A stretch of DNA of 46,499 bases from Selaginella moellendorffii (lineage: Eukaryota; Plantae; Lycopodiophyta), in assembly GCF_000143415.4 (NCBI RefSeq), contig NW_003314300.1, positions 453,744-500,242 of the forward strand, in the 5' to 3' direction. Below the pieces are notes generated by a model. It had not been told where the DNA came from. It made no database searches and saw nothing but the letters and a program-made list of their open reading frames with translations. Below are positions 23,071-36,697 of this stretch, piece after piece. The stretch's first letter is position 1; each line of letters starts with the position of its first letter. Made by a program: the position numbers and the translations under genes.

Positions 23071-26000
23071 CATGAAGCCAAGGAGTGATGGAACCGATCC
23101 ACGGAGCAAGTCCCAAGCATATAGCCCAAGGAGCGAAGGAATAGGAGCCCGGATCAACTTAGAAATAGTCTTAGAGCAACTAGCATTTGTAGTGCACTTT
23201 ATCTCTCTCCCCTTAAGCTAACTGGAAAAGGGGCAATTGCTTGATGAAAGAGCCCTTAGTGGCTATTTTATCCCCATTTATCCCCCAAAGTTCTAAGGAT
23301 CCACAGTGACAGTATATCCAAATCTCATCCCATGATCACATGCGCTACACTCACCCCCCCTTCAGAGATGTCAATGTCCTCATTAACTATTGACTAACAA
23401 CCCCTATTGAGCCAAGGGGAACTAGCACCTCCATTTCTGCACTCAATCTACCAATCCTTCCATTGTGTAGATTAGCTATTCTCAAGAGGAAAGACGTACA
23501 CATGGATGCCCAATATGTACGATTTCAAATTTAGGGGTAGGAATATAACTTACTCAAAGGTATATTATATTTTAAGTAGCCACTAATCAATGGGAATCGA
23601 ACCCGTGCCATTTGCTCCGATACCAATTGTAGCGCACTTTATCTCTCTCCCCTTAAGCCATCTGGAAAAGGGGCAATTGCTTAATGAGAGAGCCCTTAGT
23701 GGCTATTTTATCCCCATTTATCCCCCAAGGTTCCAAGGATCCACAGTGACAGTATATCCAAATCTCATCCCATGATCACATGCGCTACAGCATCCCATTG
23801 CCAGGACCAGCACATAAAACGGAGCCAAATAAAGTTTGGCACTATTTCGGCATACTGGTGGCCTAACATAAGGACATGGGTTAAGGACATGGGTACTCCA
23901 TCAGCTAGCATGGAATGGAATTTGGGCTTAGACCCAAACTGGACACAGAACAAGGACAGACACGCAAGCGAGAGCTAGACTATGTTTTAGGTTGGTCAGC
24001 CATGCCTGACCTACCCACTATCCCTACTATAGATTTGGAAACCCCCCCCCCCCCCCCNNNNNNNNNNNNNNNNNNNNNNNNNNNNNNNNNNNNNNNNNNN
24101 NNNNNNNNNNNNNNNNNNNNNNNNNNNNNNNNNNNNNNNNNNNNNNNNNNNNNNNNNTTATGAATTCCTTCCTTATGCTCATCTGGTCAAGTGCACATGC
24201 GAAAACCAGTTTCTCAACTAGCTTAGGCGGAGACTGATAACGAGTCCAGCAATACCGACCTCCTGCCGTTATGGCAGTAAGGAAAGAATATTCGACAGGT
24301 AACTTTCAATACCTGAAGCCACATTCGCGACACTCTCCCCCCTAGGGAAGATCGACATCCTCGTCGATGCATACTCAAGTCTAGAATACCATTAAGAAAA
24401 CAACTCTAGAAAAAATTCACAGTATTCACACTATGTGAGAAATGCACTAACTTAAATGAGTTAGGAAGCAACCTCTGTGTCTAACACGGATGCGCTACCA
24501 GCTCAGACATCTTCCGGACGTCGCCAACAAGGAAATGACTAATGGAGTCAGCAACCCTTGCTGCTCTGGGTGTCACCCAGCTTACAAAAGTGTGATACGC
24601 CCCTGTATGCAAGAACATAGAGAGAGAAGTTAAAGGCCCCAACCCTCATGAGAAAAGAAACCAAACCTGTTGGTAAGGTTTAAATAAACTATTGTAAATA
24701 GGTAGTTAGAGTTGTTTACACGGTCACGCCTTTTTAATGGAATAAGAAACATCGTCAGAGAGGCAGGTTATGTGATCAGTCGACAGTAGCTACCCCATGA
24801 CTAAAGATTTCACCATGTACATGAAGTGCCGAAGCCAGTCTACCCATTACTGGCCCAAACTCAAAGATCAATAGATGGACAATATCAAAGTCAAAGACAA
24901 TGATATCTTAGAGACTTAATTATTAGTGAATATATTTTAGATTAAAACACAAAAACATTACAAGTAAGTTATCATCCGATAAACTAGTATTATAGGATAG
25001 GAACCACCAAGATCACTATCATTGGAAAACATAGAATTCACCATCCAACAAAATTTAATAGCCACCATATCATCAAGAAAACTCAATGATAAAACTTAAC
25101 TACTGAAGATGGCAGACAGTATGCCAAACAACTTACTAAAGATAACTCAAAAAACACAAAGTATCATTAACTGGCAAGCACAATGCTCACGAATGTATCA
25201 CCTAGAAGAAATAATATCTAAATCTATCAAAACTAACTCGAGCAACAATCAACAAAATAGAATGAATGCGGTAAGACTAACAAACACTCATTCATGCCAA
25301 CTATCACACCAGTTAATCTGAATAGATCCCGGTCAAGAATACCAAGGAACCAAAGTTGCTCAAGCAAGTGTTAGCAACATCCTATTGATGTTTCAAACCC
25401 AAGAGACCAATCCAAAGCAAACCACAAAGAATATATGGTATTGCGAAAAACTATAAGCCATCAAAAAAAATAACTAACCATCATGAAAGATCATCAATCA
25501 TCCCATCAAAAGGAGATATGCAGAATCATCATTGAAGAAGGAATCCATCATCCCAAAGAATGGCAAATCATTCCATATTAATAATAATTAAGTAAAACTT
25601 TTGATAAGGATATTTAACTATCCTAGATGATAGTCACTTATTACCAATGATTGCTAAATACAAATGCCAATTTCAACATTGAAGCTGAGAGTTAGAATGC
25701 TTTCCCCAACAACTCCTAACAAATGGAGCAATGAGCATAAAAACTCAAGCAACCAAAAGCTCGAAGAAACCTACAGCTAAGTCATGTTTAACAATGATCA
25801 CAAGTTTTGCATGAACTAACTTCAATGCTAAAGAAGAAATCATGGTACAACATATAATATCCTCTTCAACACATCCATAAGCTAAACTTCATAATGCCAA
25901 AGCTAATGAAAAACATATCTGCATCAATCTAAAAGCTAAACACAATGAAGCTATGCTCAACAAGTGACCACTAAACTGATCCTTCATGAATTCATCTATA

Positions 26001-27094
26001 GCAAGACATAACTCGCACAAGAAAAATCATTAATGATTGATATATCCCAACTGAAATTTAGCAAAGATTCAAATATTCCAATATCGATCACTAACTCTTC
26101 CTTTAGTAAAGTTAGCATAGTCCATGACTAAATCACTTTTCAAGGAAAAACCAAAACTCAACCCTTACTAAACAATCTCGTCTATAACACAACTAACTAA
26201 ATTTGCCTCTCAGCTTGTTTGAACGTCAATACAGTTGCTAACTAGCAAATGCACGAATGCCAATAACACAAAGCTATAACCAAATCATTAACACTATCTT
26301 CATCGAGACTAATAAAACTTGACATCAATCTTATAGAGAGATATTTTATTTCACTTAAATCTCAATATCAATATTGTCAATGACAAGGTATCACTTCAAT
26401 GCCATCAACATTATAACAAAGCTAGAAGAAAGCAAAAGTGAATCACCACTCAAAACTTTCTAACAACCAAATTAACCAAAGTTGAAGATACTATACTTAG
26501 TATCCGAGACCAATCCTTCAATATTACTCAGGTACAAATAACACATCATCAAGTAGTGATTCACCACATCTAAGACTCAATGAAATCCAACACTACAAAA
26601 TAAACGCAACCAAATGATATTGACAAAGGTAGAATCAATATACCAACATGGAAAAACCATGTAAGTCTAATGATGATCCTTTGCAACACCATCTAGTAAA
26701 GCAAGCCCATCATTGCTAAATCATTATCGAGCGAAGTAAGTGTCAAACAATCCTTGACAAAGTCTATAAGCAATCATTAGTTGTCAAGTAACTAACAATC
26801 ATTCTTTCAACTTGCCTTCACAAGACCCAAACACTAAACTCATGCCATTGAGTCATATACTTGTCCAACATAAGCATAATATCCTAGGCATGAGATAAAG
26901 GTTCATGGACAAACATAAACTAAATAACCACTCGAATCCAACTCAACCACAATAAGCTCACTAATGCATTTAGTCCATAACTCTGAGCATACCTTGAAGA
27001 AGCTAGTTATGCATGATCAACACTTAGTCAAAACTAAAGTGAAGACCATGAGATGGACTCATATTGGTACACAACCTCCTCATAGACAAAACTA
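23071..27094 (-). mobile_element. Family C element, 5'-truncated copy (3' LTR to 24332, PPT 24333-24347, internal to ~27094)
   Basis: Reverse complement of ~40085-42856 plus LTR; contains a 100-N gap at 24058-24157. Confidence 0.85.
23188..23789 (-). mobile_element. TRIM (non-Cassandra family), copy 2, inserted in a C LTR
   Basis: 162-bp LTRs 23188-23349 and 23628-23789; TSD GCATT/GCATC; PBS TGGTATCGGAGC at 23614-23625 (minus); PPT GAAGGGGGGGTGAG. Confidence 0.94.
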
Positions 27095-29412
27095 CCTTGG
27101 GCACCAAGTTTCAGTTATCATAATTTATGCTAGGGCTATCCATGGCCCTATCATTTGGCTACCTTACGGCTCCCTCCCTTGGAGCTTCCACTTTCGCCAA
27201 ATCAGAGCAATTAGGAATCCATCCTTGGAAACACATTGCATTTCCTAGAATTTGTTAGCACCCAACACATTAGTGTTTTTAGCCTAACTTTGCCTTTTAG
27301 ATTTTTTCCCATGATTCCCATAGCTCTTTTCTTAGCCACTAGTCTCTTGCTCCTATCCTTGATTGTTGCACCCAACAACATCGGATCGCTACCTCCATTC
27401 TCGAGGTATCCTTTCGGTTCCATAGCAAATACTCTACTTTGCCATGTCCAGAGGGTGTTCACCTTTAATACGTCTCTTTAGCATTTTCTACTATGGGCTC
27501 TATCCTTGGCCCAACTGTGTGACCCTCCCATGGGTCTCTTATAGAGACTACTTTCTTCAAACTCACTATGCCATCACACTGTCTCAAATAATTTCCCTTA
27601 GGTGTTCTTCCCACTTGGTCACCTTGACCAAACCACACCATCATCAATAATTCAAATCAACACTTTGAACTAGGAACCTTATCCTTTAACCTCAGAAGGA
27701 CTTTATCCTTGTTTTAGCCATAAGATCACCTAGTGATCTAATTTTGGCACCTTAATAGGTTTGCCAATAGGTACTAAATCTTCTAGACCTTTAAATTATT
27801 CACCATGACCCCGGGGACATCCCCCATACTTGGCGGTGCACCCAAGCCAACCCTTCCCGCTAAGGGTCCATAGCAACTGAGACTAAGTGTCCCCATCTCA
27901 TTCACCACGTCCTTGGTGCCACTCGCACCAAAGTGTTCAAGTTAGATATGCCGAGCCACATTAAGCAATTTAACCGTGTATCACGACTTTAGGGCATCCC
28001 TCGCTTGGCAGTGTGCCCAAGCCAATCTCCTTACTGAGAGTTCATGACCACCAAAAAATGAGTATCCTCATATTTCAAACCATCACCGCACCCTAGTGAG
28101 TTGGGACTCAAACCCAAGCACTAGACTCACCCAACTTCTATATATGCATCACATGGCATCATGGCATCACAGTTGTTAGTAACAACACGCTTGAGCACCC
28201 ATTTGATTCTCCACTCCCAATTAGCATAACCACCCTTGGTTATGCAATTTCATTCATATGGTTTAGTTCTATCCCCTTACTACTTGTTTTTGGCCTCACA
28301 CCTTTCCTTCAGTTATTCTCTTCTAGACTAGGAGGATAGTTTTGCACTTTCTACTATGTTGTAGCAAGTATTTTTAAGGATGAACCTACTTGATAGCCTA
28401 GGGAGTGGTTCCTCAATTTGGGTATGCTTAACTTATAATCCTACACACTAAGATTAACATTGCTACTTATGGGCTTTTATATGCCCATCACTAGCTTTGC
28501 CAAAATTCCATTTTGGCTTTGTCCAATTTGGGTAGATAGTCTTCTTCTATCTTCGCAACCTTGGACGTTTGGATAACACTTTTTATCCATCATTCGCTAG
28601 GGACTTAGTCCCTCAGGCCTTATCTATTGCCCTTGCGACACCAAACACCACCTCCTGGTGTTCTAGTGTCCCAATAATAGCCTTTTTGACAATGAACATT
28701 TCTTTTTATGACATTGACTCACTATATCAAAACATAAATAATTTATCCCATGTAAGGGTATATCTAACTTCCTTATACCATTAAGAAGTTTTGGGTAGCT
28801 ATCTCTTACCCATTTAACCAATTATCTTACACCTTTTGCTTAGTTTCCTTATAGTTGTCAAGTCCTATAACTCATTGCTTGATGCTTCCACACCTCCATC
28901 ATTATTCGGGTCACCACACTCCAATCGCATGCCTTCCAGATTAAGCCATGCCATTTCCATTTCCATTAGGATTCCTCTGGGAAGGGGTTTTCGTTAACCT
29001 GCCAACTTGATCTCAAAGCATCATGCCTTGGCACATTCGGTATCTCCACACCATCGGCTCTATGAGCCTACCTTTATGACACTTCTCATTTGTGTCTAGG
29101 TCCTTGCCAAAACCAATACAGTTCCTTCTCATGCCAACTATCTATTAGCATTACACCATAGAGTTTACACACAATTTTGTATCAAAGTTGTTTTCCTCTG
29201 AAAAGATTTTTCCCACAACTTTAGTATGGCCTTTTTTGCCATCAATGAGATACCCACTGTTCTCATACTTGGATCTTATGATTCTCCCCATCTTCCGTGG
29301 GGTACAACACACCTCAGTCAAAATGCTTTCACCAATCCTTTAGGACCATTCCTTGACTCTACTTGAGTCATCTAGGATTTTTGGACTTTGCTAATCCAAT
29401 GACCCGTAAGGT

Positions 29413-32400
29413 TGTGAGACACAAAATCCCAAGGCCCCAAAGTGGAGCCGAAAGGGTGCCACATGGTAGTGGCCGAAGCAAAAGCCAAACGAGCGTAACA
29501 CGTTTGGACTAAAAACTCCGATTTGAAAAGGTCAAGAGTGAGAGTGGAACTCCCAATGAAGTGCTTGAGGAACGAGCACGAAGCGAGCAATAAGCGAGGC
29601 TCCAAAAAGGGACCCAAAAGGACCAACACATGACACGTGAAAGTGTCTGAGATGGACCCGAGTTGGGGTCCGAAGTGGAGTCCGAGATGGAGTCCGAGAT
29701 GGACCCGAGATGGAGTCCGAAATGGAGTTCGAGATGGACCCCGAGATGGACCCCGAGATGGAGTCTGAGATGGACCTGAGATGGAGTTCGAGATGGACCT
29801 GAGATGGAGTCCGAGATGGACCCGAGATGGAGTCCAAGATGGACCCGAGATGGAGTTCGAGATGGACCCGAGATGGAGTCCAAGATGGACCCGAGATGGA
29901 GTCTGAGATGGACCCGAGATGGAGTCCGAAGTCGAGACCGAGACCGGGACCGAGACCTAGACCGAGACCGAGATCGGGACCGAGACCGAGACCGAGGCCG
30001 AGGCCAAGACCAAGCCCGAGTCCGAGTCCGAGTCCGAGTCTGAGTCCGAGTCCGAGTCCGAGTTCAAGTCTGAGAGGGTGAAAGCCCAAAGCGTTCGTCT
30101 CCCAGACCCTGGGGGTTTGGTGAGCTCTAAAAGTATAGTAGGGGGAGGACTGCAGTGGAGCCAGTTTGGCCAGGAAAGGCCAGTTTGGCCCAAGAACGCC
30201 GGACCCAGTGTTGGGTGATGAGCTGCCCACTGTGAAGTCCAAGACTAGAGTGAACACAGACCGACAAGCGGGGTAGCTTGGTGAAGTGTTCAAGAGCCGG
30301 CTCTAGTTCCCCCGGGAGATTGACTGGCCAATGCTCCCAGTCCAAGTGTGGGTGGCACTACCTACTTGGATACCTGGCGTGGCTCAATGGAACCTCGCTC
30401 TAAGCCCATGGCTAGAGCACCCAAAGGTGGAAGGCGGGGAGAGTACCCATGAGGCCCGCGTAGGGCCACGGTGTTCCGAAATGGTGTCCCAAAGTCCCAG
30501 ACTGTGGAAAGGAAGAGGAGTAGCCCTCTGGTGTGGTGACCAAGGACACAGTTACACAGTGAAGCAGTCCTAGAGGATAGAGGGACTTAGTGGTCGGGCC
30601 AGTGGGCCTTGATCTAGTGGTAGTGTTGGCGAACACGGCCAAGGACAGAAAGGGACTTGGTGGGGACTGGAACGGAGATATTGGGGAAGGCTATTCCCCA
30701 TGTCTGTAGGCATCCTAAGGATGTTAATGAGTGGATCTGGGATGATCACTCATGGACGGATGACCCAGTCTTTGAGAGACGGGATTGGAATGCAGGTGGT
30801 GTTGGACCACTAGTGTGACCAAGGTAAATGGGCATGGCCTTAGCATAATGGGCCGATACGTCAGTGGTACCTTGGGGTGTCGATCATGGGATCGGACACG
30901 TGGAGCACCTGGACCATATGCTAAGGTTGAGTGGCATGGATGCCATTCTCGGGGCTAGCAAGCCCAAGTCCTGAACAAGACTTATGGAGGTTGTGAATGA
31001 GACTCCTCCAAGTGGTCAAAGGCAGGGTTAAGTGACTAAAGTAGAAGAGAAAAATTAGTCGCTTACAACTTGGTATCGGAGCTGTTCCTTAGTCCGACTT
31101 TTATTGGTGCTCAAGTATATCACCATTGATGTTGGCATCGGAAGGTCCTAGGAGTGGGCCTGTCCTTGAGGAGTATCATGTCGAGAGGACATTGCTCTCC
31201 ACTCAAGTTCATGCGTGAACTTGGGCACAATGTGGTGGATAGAAAAGGGCCAATAATGGAACGACTTTGGGATCTTGGGAATAGTATAAGGGTTTCCTCA
31301 AAGAGCTGAGGATGTGATCCAGATGAGCGTTTGACGCAGAAAACGGGCTAACGTAGTTGTGGTAAACAACTATAATTGGGATCACGGGAAAGATGTAGAC
31401 TCCAAAACAATAAAGGAGTCACAAAATTACCTTCATATAGTTGAGGCTGGTGCTCATAACTTTGAGACCAGAATTGATGACCATGGGAGGTCAAATACGG
31501 AAGAGGACACAAGTCCTTGAAATGGTAGCCGGGGCTACCTCTAATAAATGCTGGAACAACCCAAGGAGTTGGGGGTGTACTCAGAGGATGAGTTGGTCTT
31601 CTCATCACATGGACAAGTGGTCCTAAGGGGCAAAAGGTTGCCCCAAGAGAACAAATCAAGTGTCGGAGTAACACTTGCAAAGATGGTCCTTGTAAGCAGG
31701 ACCTGAATACAAGAAGTTGTATTCCAGCGAGTTGGCACTTCGAAGACTAAGACCTCGCAGGTCGTTAGATTAGCAAAGTCTAAAATGCTAGATGACTCAA
31801 GTGGAGTCAGAGAATAGCCCTAAGGGATTGGTTGAAGCATTTGGACTGAGGTGTATAGTGCCCCATGAGGTATGGGGAGGATCATAAGATCCAAGGATGA
31901 GAACAGTAGGTATCTCATTGATGGCAGAATGTGCCATGTTAAAGTTGTGGGAAAGATGTTCCCAAAAGAAAGCAACTTTGGCCCAGAGTTGGGTGCAAAC
32001 ACTATGGTGCAATGCTAATGGATAATTAGCATAAGAGACAACTATATTGGTCTTAGCAAAAAGACCTAGACACAAGTAAGAAGTGTCATAAAGGTAGGCT
32101 CATGGAGCTGAGGGTGTGGAGACACCAAACGTGCCAAGGCGTGCTGCCTTGAGGTCAAGTTGGCGGGTTCATGATAACCCCGTCCAAAGGAATCCCAATG
32201 GAAATGAGAATAGCATAGCCTAAGCTAAAAGGCATGCGGTTAGAGTGTGGTGACTCAGATAATGATGGAGGTGTGGAAGCACCAGCAATGAGTTATAGGA
32301 CTTGACAACTATGAGGCAACTAAGCAAAAGGTGCAAAATAATTCGTTAAACTGGTAAAAGGCAACTACCTAAGACTTCTTATTGGGATAAAGAAGTTAGA

Positions 32401-32600
32401 TATACCCTTATGAGGGATAAATTGCTTATGTTGTGATATAGTAAGTCAATGTCGAAAAGAGAATGCTCATTGTCAGAGAGGCCATCATTGGGACACCTAG
32501 ACACTCTAGAACACCAAAAGGTGTTGTTTGGTGTCGTGAGGGCAATGGACAATGCCCAAGGGACAAAGTCCCTAGCGAATGATGGATAAAAGGTGCTATC
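29413..32600 (+). mobile_element. Family D element, copy D3: 5' LTR 29413-31067, tRNA-iMet PBS, 5' internal region; inserted into D2
   Basis: TGTGAGACAC...GTCGCTTACA followed by TGGTATCGGAGC (31071-31082); the left flank is D internal sequence in the opposite orientation. Confidence 0.88.
29648..30072. repeat. LTR-internal minisatellite: GAGATGGACCC/GAGATGGAGTCC units, then (GAGACC)n and (GAGTCC)n
   Basis: Directly visible; copy-number variants at 21752-22065, 13218-13380 and 12017-12305. Confidence 0.95.
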
Positions 32601-32977
32601 TGTAAGCGACTAAATTTTCCATTCTACTTTAGTCACTTAACCACACCTCCGACCACATGGAGGAGTCTCATTCACAACCTCCATAAGTCCAAATCAGGAC
32701 TTGGGGCTTGCTAGCCCCGAGAATGGCATCCATGCCACTCAACCTTAGCACTTGGTCCAAGTGCTCCACGTGTCCGATCCCATGATCGACACCCCAAGGT
32801 ACCACCGACGTATCAGCCCGTTACGCTAAGGCCATGCCCAATTACCTTGGTCACACTGGTGGTCCAACGCCACCTGCATTCCCATCTCGTCTCTCAAAGA
32901 CTGGGTCATCCGTCCAAGAGGGATCATCCCAGATCCACTCCTTAACATCCTTAGGATGCCTACAGACATGGGGAATA
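32601..32977 (-). repeat. Truncated family D LTR (3' end only) inserted into D3
   Basis: TGTAAGCGAC..., the reverse complement of ~30692-31067; similarity ends abruptly at ~32977. Confidence 0.88.
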
Positions 32978-33406
32978 AAGCTCTATTTTGTTAAAGTGGG
33001 AATTGTCATTATCCCACTTGTAAAATAAGGTTTCCAAACCTTTATATAGTATATAAATATAACAAAATTCAACTGCATTGAGGCACATGCCATTTTATTT
33101 TAAACAAGGAAATGTCTACTCAATCACTTCTCCTCCCCCTGCCACTGCTTCACCTCTCTCTTCTCCTTGTCATCGTCGTCCAATTTCTTTCCATCCTTTT
33201 AATATTGGCTCAGTTGCTCCAAGTCTAGGTGGAGCCCAAGTCCCCATTCAATCTTTACTTTCCCCTTATTAATAAAACAACTTCGTAGACTTCCAATAAC
33301 ATGCTGTAAATGCAAATCCTCTCAAAGAATTGTCTTTTAATATTAATACAATGGCATGGAACCCCATGCCATAATAAGTTACATTTTTAAATAAATACAT
33401 GCCATC

Positions 33407-36400
33407 TCAGACTGTTATTTTTTGCCTCCAACGCCTATACAATAATCTTGGAATTTCATCACTCTCCACACTATCAGGATTTAAACCCAATAGTAATGCC
33501 ATCTCTTCTCTAATACGTCCACGCTCATGTTCAGTGGTCGAAGAACCCATCCGGTTGAGCAGATTATGGAGATGCGGATAGTGCTTGGCTAGACAATATA
33601 CATGCCATAAATGATGACTGGTGTCTGTCTGATCAAATGGCTTCTGATATACCGTTCCATCTGCCATTTGGTTGATTTCTGCAGCCACCTCCTGGACTGG
33701 CCGGTTCTCTATCACCATCGCTTCAAGCCGTTTTGCAAGGTCCCCCAGAACATATGGTTTCTTCTCCCTAGTTTCCATACTGCAAGAGATGGGGTGCACT
33801 GCATATGTGTGCGTGTTCGCTGCAGTTTTAATCGGCGAGTCATCGATGATGAGGATTTCACTTGACCTAGCAGTCCGGTTCATCACTACAGCCTCTGCCT
33901 TGACGAAGATGGGCTTGCTACCCCTCACATGGACCATAGTCAAGCAATCCTCCTGCGTTAGGAGAAAGTCAAATGGTAATATTACTCGCGTCTGATCGTG
34001 CATCATCTGTAGCAACGTTAATGCATTGTGGCGCATCATGGATGTCCAAACTCCCAATTGCAAATTGAACCCGGCCCTCTGTTTTAAGTGTCACATGGTC
34101 ATTATTAGATCCCGCAGTTTCTCCCGTGTGATTAATGTGAATCTGTCTCTTTTGACCAACTTGCAACCGCAGGCTTTGGAGGGTGCAGTGACATTCGAGG
34201 ACGAGCCACGCTCATGGGAGAAAAGGACACCGTTCAGATCAAAAACGATACAGTACCTTCGCCGTGACTCTGAAATGAAATGCGTCAGCATAAAAAATGG
34301 TACAAGTCAATTTTACCATCTACAATATTAGCGAATGGTGCTCCCGATGGTCGTTCAGAGGGTTTTGGTCGAGGAAACGTGAAGGGCGGAAATACTCTCC
34401 TCTGCAATGTGGGGTCAATCGCATCCGATGGCGTGTGGGCACATGCCATTTCAGCTGTAGACTCTGGTACAACTGGCTCAACAGTGGCATAGGGTGGTTC
34501 CGATGGCGTGTGATCATACGCCATTTCAGCTGGTGCCTCCGTTGGCAAAGTGGACATGACCGAACAGGCAGCAGGGGCGGTGTAGGGAGGTTCCAACGGC
34601 GCGTAGTCAGACAATTGGGCACACGTTGGAAATGAGGATACGACCGGCTCGGCGGCTGGGGCGGCCTCATGCGGGTCCAATGGCGCCTGGTCACCGTCAG
34701 TTGGATACGTGGACAAGATTGACTCAGTGGTATGGGCAGCATCAAGTGGAGTGTGGTCAGCTTGCTTGGCGTTGATATGGATAGTAGCCTCCACCAGCTC
34801 TGATGACTCTTGCAGGCAAGTAGAGTCCACTGGCGGATCCATATGCATGTCCAAATATCTCCCTTCGATTGAGATGGTATCCTCCCGTGCTACTAAAAAC
34901 AAACTCATTAGCACATTGAATCAACTATACTGTATTTACCATCAACTGCTATTGAGGAACTAGGACCGATATCACTTGGGCGCACTGCTGATTCTGAAGG
35001 ATTGGACATACGTTTCGACCCTTGCTTGGCACTATCCTTCCTCGACACTAAAGGCTAGAGTTTGTATCTTAATTCAACTGAATAATCTCTACTTACCATT
35101 TCTTCTGCGACCTACATGGACAATGTTAGAAATGGTAAAAGGTTAGGAATGGATGTACTATTATTTACCTGATGGTTTGTCTTGTATGACCTTCCTCCGC
35201 TGCTCTTTGGCCACCTTAGGCTGGCCATCGTCGTCATCATCGTCATCGTCGTTATTGTGATCGTCACCATTGTGAGGACCATCCAAGTCCTCTTCGTCCT
35301 CCTTTTCTTCATCCTCCTCTTCTTCGTCCTCCTCTTCTTTGTCCTCCTCTTCGTCCTTCTGCTCTTCCTGCTCATTATCTTTCTCTGGCTCCTCATCCCC
35401 CTCCTGCATTTCTTCCATAGGCTGCTCAGGCTGGATGGCTTGTTTTTCCAGGACAATCTTGGGAAAATCATCTGGCCGAGTTTCCATCTCAAAATACAAG
35501 ACATCCATAGCCTGTTTTAGTGCATGACCTAGGACCGTATCCTCACCCGACTGTCTTAACATGGTTTCTGCACGTTCTTGCACCCTTCGAAGACGACGAG
35601 ATGAGAAAAACGTGGCCCTGACTTGAAAAGCATCCCTCATCCATTGTACCTCTCCATTGAGATTGGGGAAGGGGAGTCCGCCATAGGAATCTGAGTCAGA
35701 AGGTGGTGACTGGCTCCTTTCACTCAGCCCTTGATCTGCAATGAATGGCATGAGCACACACGCCATAACCGCGAGGCATTACCTATCATCTTTTCGTTGC
35801 CCTTCTTCCTTTTCGAATCAAACGCCTTTGATCCCGACGACTGTCCAACGTGCTTTCGCTTTTTATGACCACTGTCAGTTTGAGCTTGGCTGGTGCTTGC
35901 CTGTTTTGCCTTTGAAGAAGTGTCTCCTGCAAGGAATGGCATGAGACCACACGCCATTGCAAATATAATTTGTACCTCCTTTTTTCCTATTGCTTGTCTG
36001 TTTGTCCTTCTTCGACGCGCCACCAGTGCGCTTTTCAGTCCTCGTGTCTGAATATTCACAACGATCTATAATCAAAATGGAGTGAGGCCTCACGTGACCT
36101 TACCTTGTGCAGGTTGTGAGCTCGGCCTAACATCAGTAGCTGTTAACGCCGTTTCAGCATCTGGGGGTGGCCACGCTCCTGCATACAGAGCTTGTGAGAT
36201 AACATTTAAACTTAAAGTGCGTACTCACCAGGTTCTTAGAGAAGATACTGTTTTTCTTTGGCAACTGTAGTTATATGCTCCATTGAAGTCACCTCTTCAA
36301 TGGAGTTTGTCACCGCAACACACGGGACACCCTTGAGTAGTGCGGCTCGAAAGAATAGTCCGCCACAGTTGTACTCGACAACGCATTTGCCCTTGGAGTC

Positions 36401-36697
36401 ACCCACTATTGCATTGAAGACCCAGCTGAGCATTTCCCATGCTGCACCTGGAGCTTTCTTTGGATTCGAAAGCTCCATAGCCGTCTTCAGTTCCTCAGGC
36501 ACGGGTAAATTGACCTCCCTCAGATCAATTCGATCGGCTTTCTTGAACGAAGCTGGGAAGTCACTCTAGTCCCACTCTGCTGTAGGACCAATAACAAGGG
36601 CGAGTGTGAAGATGCGGACATTCGTCGGTATCTTCTTCTTAGCCATTATCCCATGGATCTCCCGCATCTCCTTGCCTTTCAACCGAGCCTTCACCTC
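33407..36697 (-). pseudogene. Multi-exon gene, 3' part: C-terminal MTase-like region, Lys-rich and acidic linkers, Pro/Ala repeats, FCP1/NIF-like HAD phosphatase domain
   Basis: Eight GT-AG introns of 47-57 nt (36179-36228, 36048-36103, 35927-35975, 35736-35782, 35112-35168, 35048-35096, 34890-34939, 34270-34316), all phase 1, join the exons in one frame. HAD motifs IVFDLNGVL, LGVWTSM, KPIFVK, ILIIDDSPIK. Premature stops at 34091-34093 and 36567-36569; cut by an LTR at 36698. Confidence 0.85.
34420..34775 (-). repeat. Five degenerate 25-28-aa coding repeats (DHTPLD/DQAPLD/DYAPLE/DHTPSE/AHTPSD)
   Basis: Visible in ORF 34285-34914. Confidence 0.75.

Larger units (their letters stand above)
20722..29412 (-). 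mobile_element. Family D element, copy D2 (3' LTR 20722-22297, PPT 22298-22312, internal 22313-22407 and 27095-29412), interrupted by a C element
   Basis: Complete LTR TGTGAG...CTTACA on minus; internal homology to D1 and to 31752-32600. Continuity across the gap is inferred. Confidence 0.75.

Noticed and set aside
22222-23221. ORFs of 244-288 aa
   Set aside because: Artefacts of the N gap.
29532-30293. Long Ser/Arg/Pro/Gly-Leu-rich ORFs (also 12015-12544 and 21746-22201)
   Set aside because: Translations of LTR minisatellites, open in several frames; not CRISPR-like either, as there are no unique spacers.
33078-33272. Possible last exon of a convergent plus-strand gene
   Set aside because: Short, no recognisable motif, and its upstream part is replaced by an LTR; not supportable.
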